Positions 61,620 to 64,000 of a stretch of DNA of 64,000 nucleotides are shown in pieces (position 1 is the stretch's first letter; the number at the start of each line of letters is the position of its first letter). The DNA is from Podarcis tiliguerta (lineage: Eukaryota), in the NCBI GenBank assembly GCA_965153285.1, contig OZ229114.1; one strand, 5' to 3'. The notes beneath the pieces were generated by a model. The model ran no database searches and was not told the origin of the DNA. It worked only from the letters and a program-made list of their open reading frames with translations. Both the position numbers and the translations under genes were made by a program.

Positions 61620-62497
61620 GGGGAACTAGGTTCAATGAAGTAGACTTTGAGATGACGATAATGCAAGTAAGCAGAAGTCTTAAGGTGGCTCTCATTGAAG
61701 CCTCCTCCATGGCAGTGAAGACACAATACTACATTGCACCAGCAGAGTTTTTCCAGCTGGTACTGGACTTCCACTCTCAGAGGGCAGTTGTAGCATGTTT
61801 GCTAAGAAAGTTGTTTTTATCCACCTTGACTTTAGCTGTGCTAGTTCAGCATTTTAGTCCGTGGTTGTGCCCAGAGCACTGTCTAATATTGGGGCTATGA
61901 AATGAATTTACGTTATTTCAGCCCGAAGACCTGGACCTGGTGGTGGTTATTCAACCCTCGCCATTATGTGCTTATTGCATCTAGCAGAAGTGATTAATCT
62001 CACAAGAGGAGTGAGCCCATCTGTCTTGAAAGAAGTTGTTGTGAGGCCACTATTAAATAAGCCCTCTTTGGTCCAAGGACTGCAGTACTGCAGAGTTGGA
62101 ATGGATCAAAAAGGTCAGCTACTCCAACCCGCTGCAATGCAGGACATTTGTTTGCCCAGTGTGGGTCTCGAACTCATAACTCTGTGATTCTACTGGATGA
62201 TTGCAAGTAAGGTGTTTGTTTGTATGAACGGTCGCTGTGTGACTCCTAGTGCTCTTGAATGAAACTGATTGCCTGGATCTGTTTCAGTCTAGTTTGGGCA
62301 TGATTTGGCACGGAAATTGCCTTGGCTATCCTAATGGATGACTTGGTCTGGATAATGTGTCAGAAGATTCTAAGCCGGCTATTTCTTCTGCATCTTTCAG
62401 CAGCTTTTGATAAATACCATTAACCGTGCTATCCTTGTGGATAGGTTATTGGGAATTGGGGGTGTTCCCTTTCTGACTGAATGATTGATTCTGAAAG
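61620..62497 (+). mobile_element. Decayed L2 LINE ORF2 (pre-RT and RT N-terminal part)
   Basis: Peptide remnants: PAEFFQLV, VIN..GVSPSVLKEVVVRPLLNKPSL, FGTEIALAILMDDL, LLHLSAAFD and TINRAILVDRL. Frameshifts and stops are present. Confidence 0.85.
62085..62190 (-). mobile_element. tRNA-headed SINE with CR1-type tail, inserted in the L2
   Basis: AGAGTTGGAATGGATC...TCCAACCCGCTGCAATGCAGGA is the antisense of the 29905 tail. It is joined to GCCCAGTGTGGGTCTCGAACTC, an antisense box-B region. Confidence 0.55.
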
Positions 62498-62710
62498 ATG
62501 TTCTTCATGAAAGCTGTCTCTTAGCAGACGATCAGCTGCTTGCTTCATCAGGTGTATCTTCAAATCATTCTTCAAGGGCAGCACCATGTACAAAGAACTA
62601 CAGTAGCTGATCCATGAGTTTACCAGAAGTGTTAATGATGGTTGATAGAGTGACATAGTCCAGAAAAAGTCATAGCAAGTGAACCTGCTAAGCACAATAA
62701 AAGACACTCT
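62498..62710 (-). mobile_element. Decayed L2 ORF2 C-terminal fragment in opposite orientation
   Basis: The minus-strand peptide LVNSWISYCSSLYMVLPLK..KIHLMKQAADRLL..EH resembles L2 LVTSRLDYCNALY.GLPLK..KLQLVQNAAARLL..EH. Confidence 0.8.
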
Positions 62711-63580
62711 TCATAGAATATTTATAGTATTAGAGCAGGAACAAGTGGGCTGCTCAATCTGGCATCTAAATTGTTGTTTCAGAATGTGCTATCTGCTATT
62801 GTATGATTTTTGTGGTTCCGCTTCCAGTTATGAACCTATCTGTTGACCACATTTTTGTGAATGAAGCTGACATTCTAAACTTTAAAAAATAAATGCATTG
62901 CATTCACTTGGAAAATCTTGGTTGTATTTAAGGATTATGACAGAAAAACATGTCTAGATCTGTCGGTAGTGGATTGGTAATCTACCAGTGGGTTACAGTA
63001 GCTTTCCAAGTGGATGATTTAGCTGTACATTCAGTACACATTGTGGAGAATGCAGTGCAAATCATTGAAAGGAGATTGATTTCTGGGTTAGGTGGTGAGA
63101 TAGATTAGTGGCAATGAACAAATTCTGTGTTGGTGGATCTCTATAATATAGTGTTGGGAGCCTCTGAATAAGCTTAGCAACTGCTCTATATTTCCATTGT
63201 CATCTCTGTTCCATAGGATTAATATAGTGATGACTGCAGATTATTGGGTGGAATAGACATTTCATTAATCTGTGTTCAGTGCGTTTGTGTTTTTCCTTGG
63301 TAATGTCTTGTTCCCCCAAGACTGGGCCTATCTGTGGGAAAACTTTCCAATGGCAAATATTATCTTCTATAACTAGATTCTTCCATCTATTGAACTAAGT
63401 GAGTTCTTAGTATATTATGTCAAGAAAATACCTCTTAACATCAAAAACAAAAGGAGTAAGGAGTTAAGGAAAGTGGTCCTATAAATATCTTAGGTCTTGG
63501 TTTTTCTGATACTGTATCATAATTTTCCTGACAGTCATGAGGTAGAGCATATTGGCAGGATTTTGAGTTTGCAACTTTGT

Positions 63581-63850
63581 TTATTTGTAAATTTATTTTC
63601 TTCTTTCCACAATAACTAATAATTCCACAAATAACATCAAAAACAAGTCCCCCCCCCCTTTCCCCATATATACATTTATCCTTTCAACACTATATCTTGT
63701 GAGATTCTTAAAATCTTGCGTCTTCCCTCCATTTCCACTTCCGGTTCTTTATATATACCAAATTCTACTGCATTTCCATATCTACGCTTAACCCATTATT
63801 ATATCCTTAATTATCCAAATTTCTGATAATTGCAAGCATTTAGTTGACTA
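63581..63850 (-). mobile_element. Probable L1-clade 3' UTR
   Basis: Same layout as 33251-33500: TCTTG..CTTCCCTCC...GGTTCTTT...ACTGCAT. Confidence 0.45.
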
Positions 63851-64000
63851 AACTAAATTTGCAACTTTGAACAGGTCTTCGTGTTTTCCCAAGTCTGCTG
63901 TTCCTAGTCTCTCTGAACAGGATTTTGCTCCACTTAGCTGTATTGCCATTACCAGATATTTTCTCTAGAAGTGCTTTAGCTTTCTGCCTTGGGCTGTGCC

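Noticed and set aside
61541-62707. ORFs with RT-like peptides as a functional gene
   Set aside because: They are fragmented, frameshifted L2 ORF2 remnants.

Overview
This is AT-rich vertebrate non-coding DNA, almost certainly from a squamate and probably a lacertid lizard. The assignment rests on Sauria/Squam1 SINEs of the Podarcis-like type, Squam3-like SINEs, BovB, L2, L1 and CR1-type 3' ends, and Tc1/mariner and hAT MITEs; family names come from motif recognition, not a database search. I recognise no protein-coding exon, RNA gene or CRISPR array. The listed ORFs are chance frames, repeat read-through or decayed LINE ORF2. The window looks like a large intron or gene desert with several repeat-free, motif-rich candidate enhancers and a 292-nt assembly gap. 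The most striking structure is a transposon nest at 23.2-26.2 kb. There a 1662-bp Tc2-type MITE (23839-25500) sits with a clean TA duplication inside a Tigger-like MITE. Its interior is almost entirely a chain of about 25 hairpins, including 11 copies of a 117-120 bp CpG-rich unit with two long stems. A short sister MITE 175 bp upstream carries a homologous hairpin whose differences are mirrored on both arms. Other notable items are a head-to-tail hAT MITE dimer inside one TSD, a triple TE nest, a tail-to-tail L2 junction and an ACGTG motif cluster.
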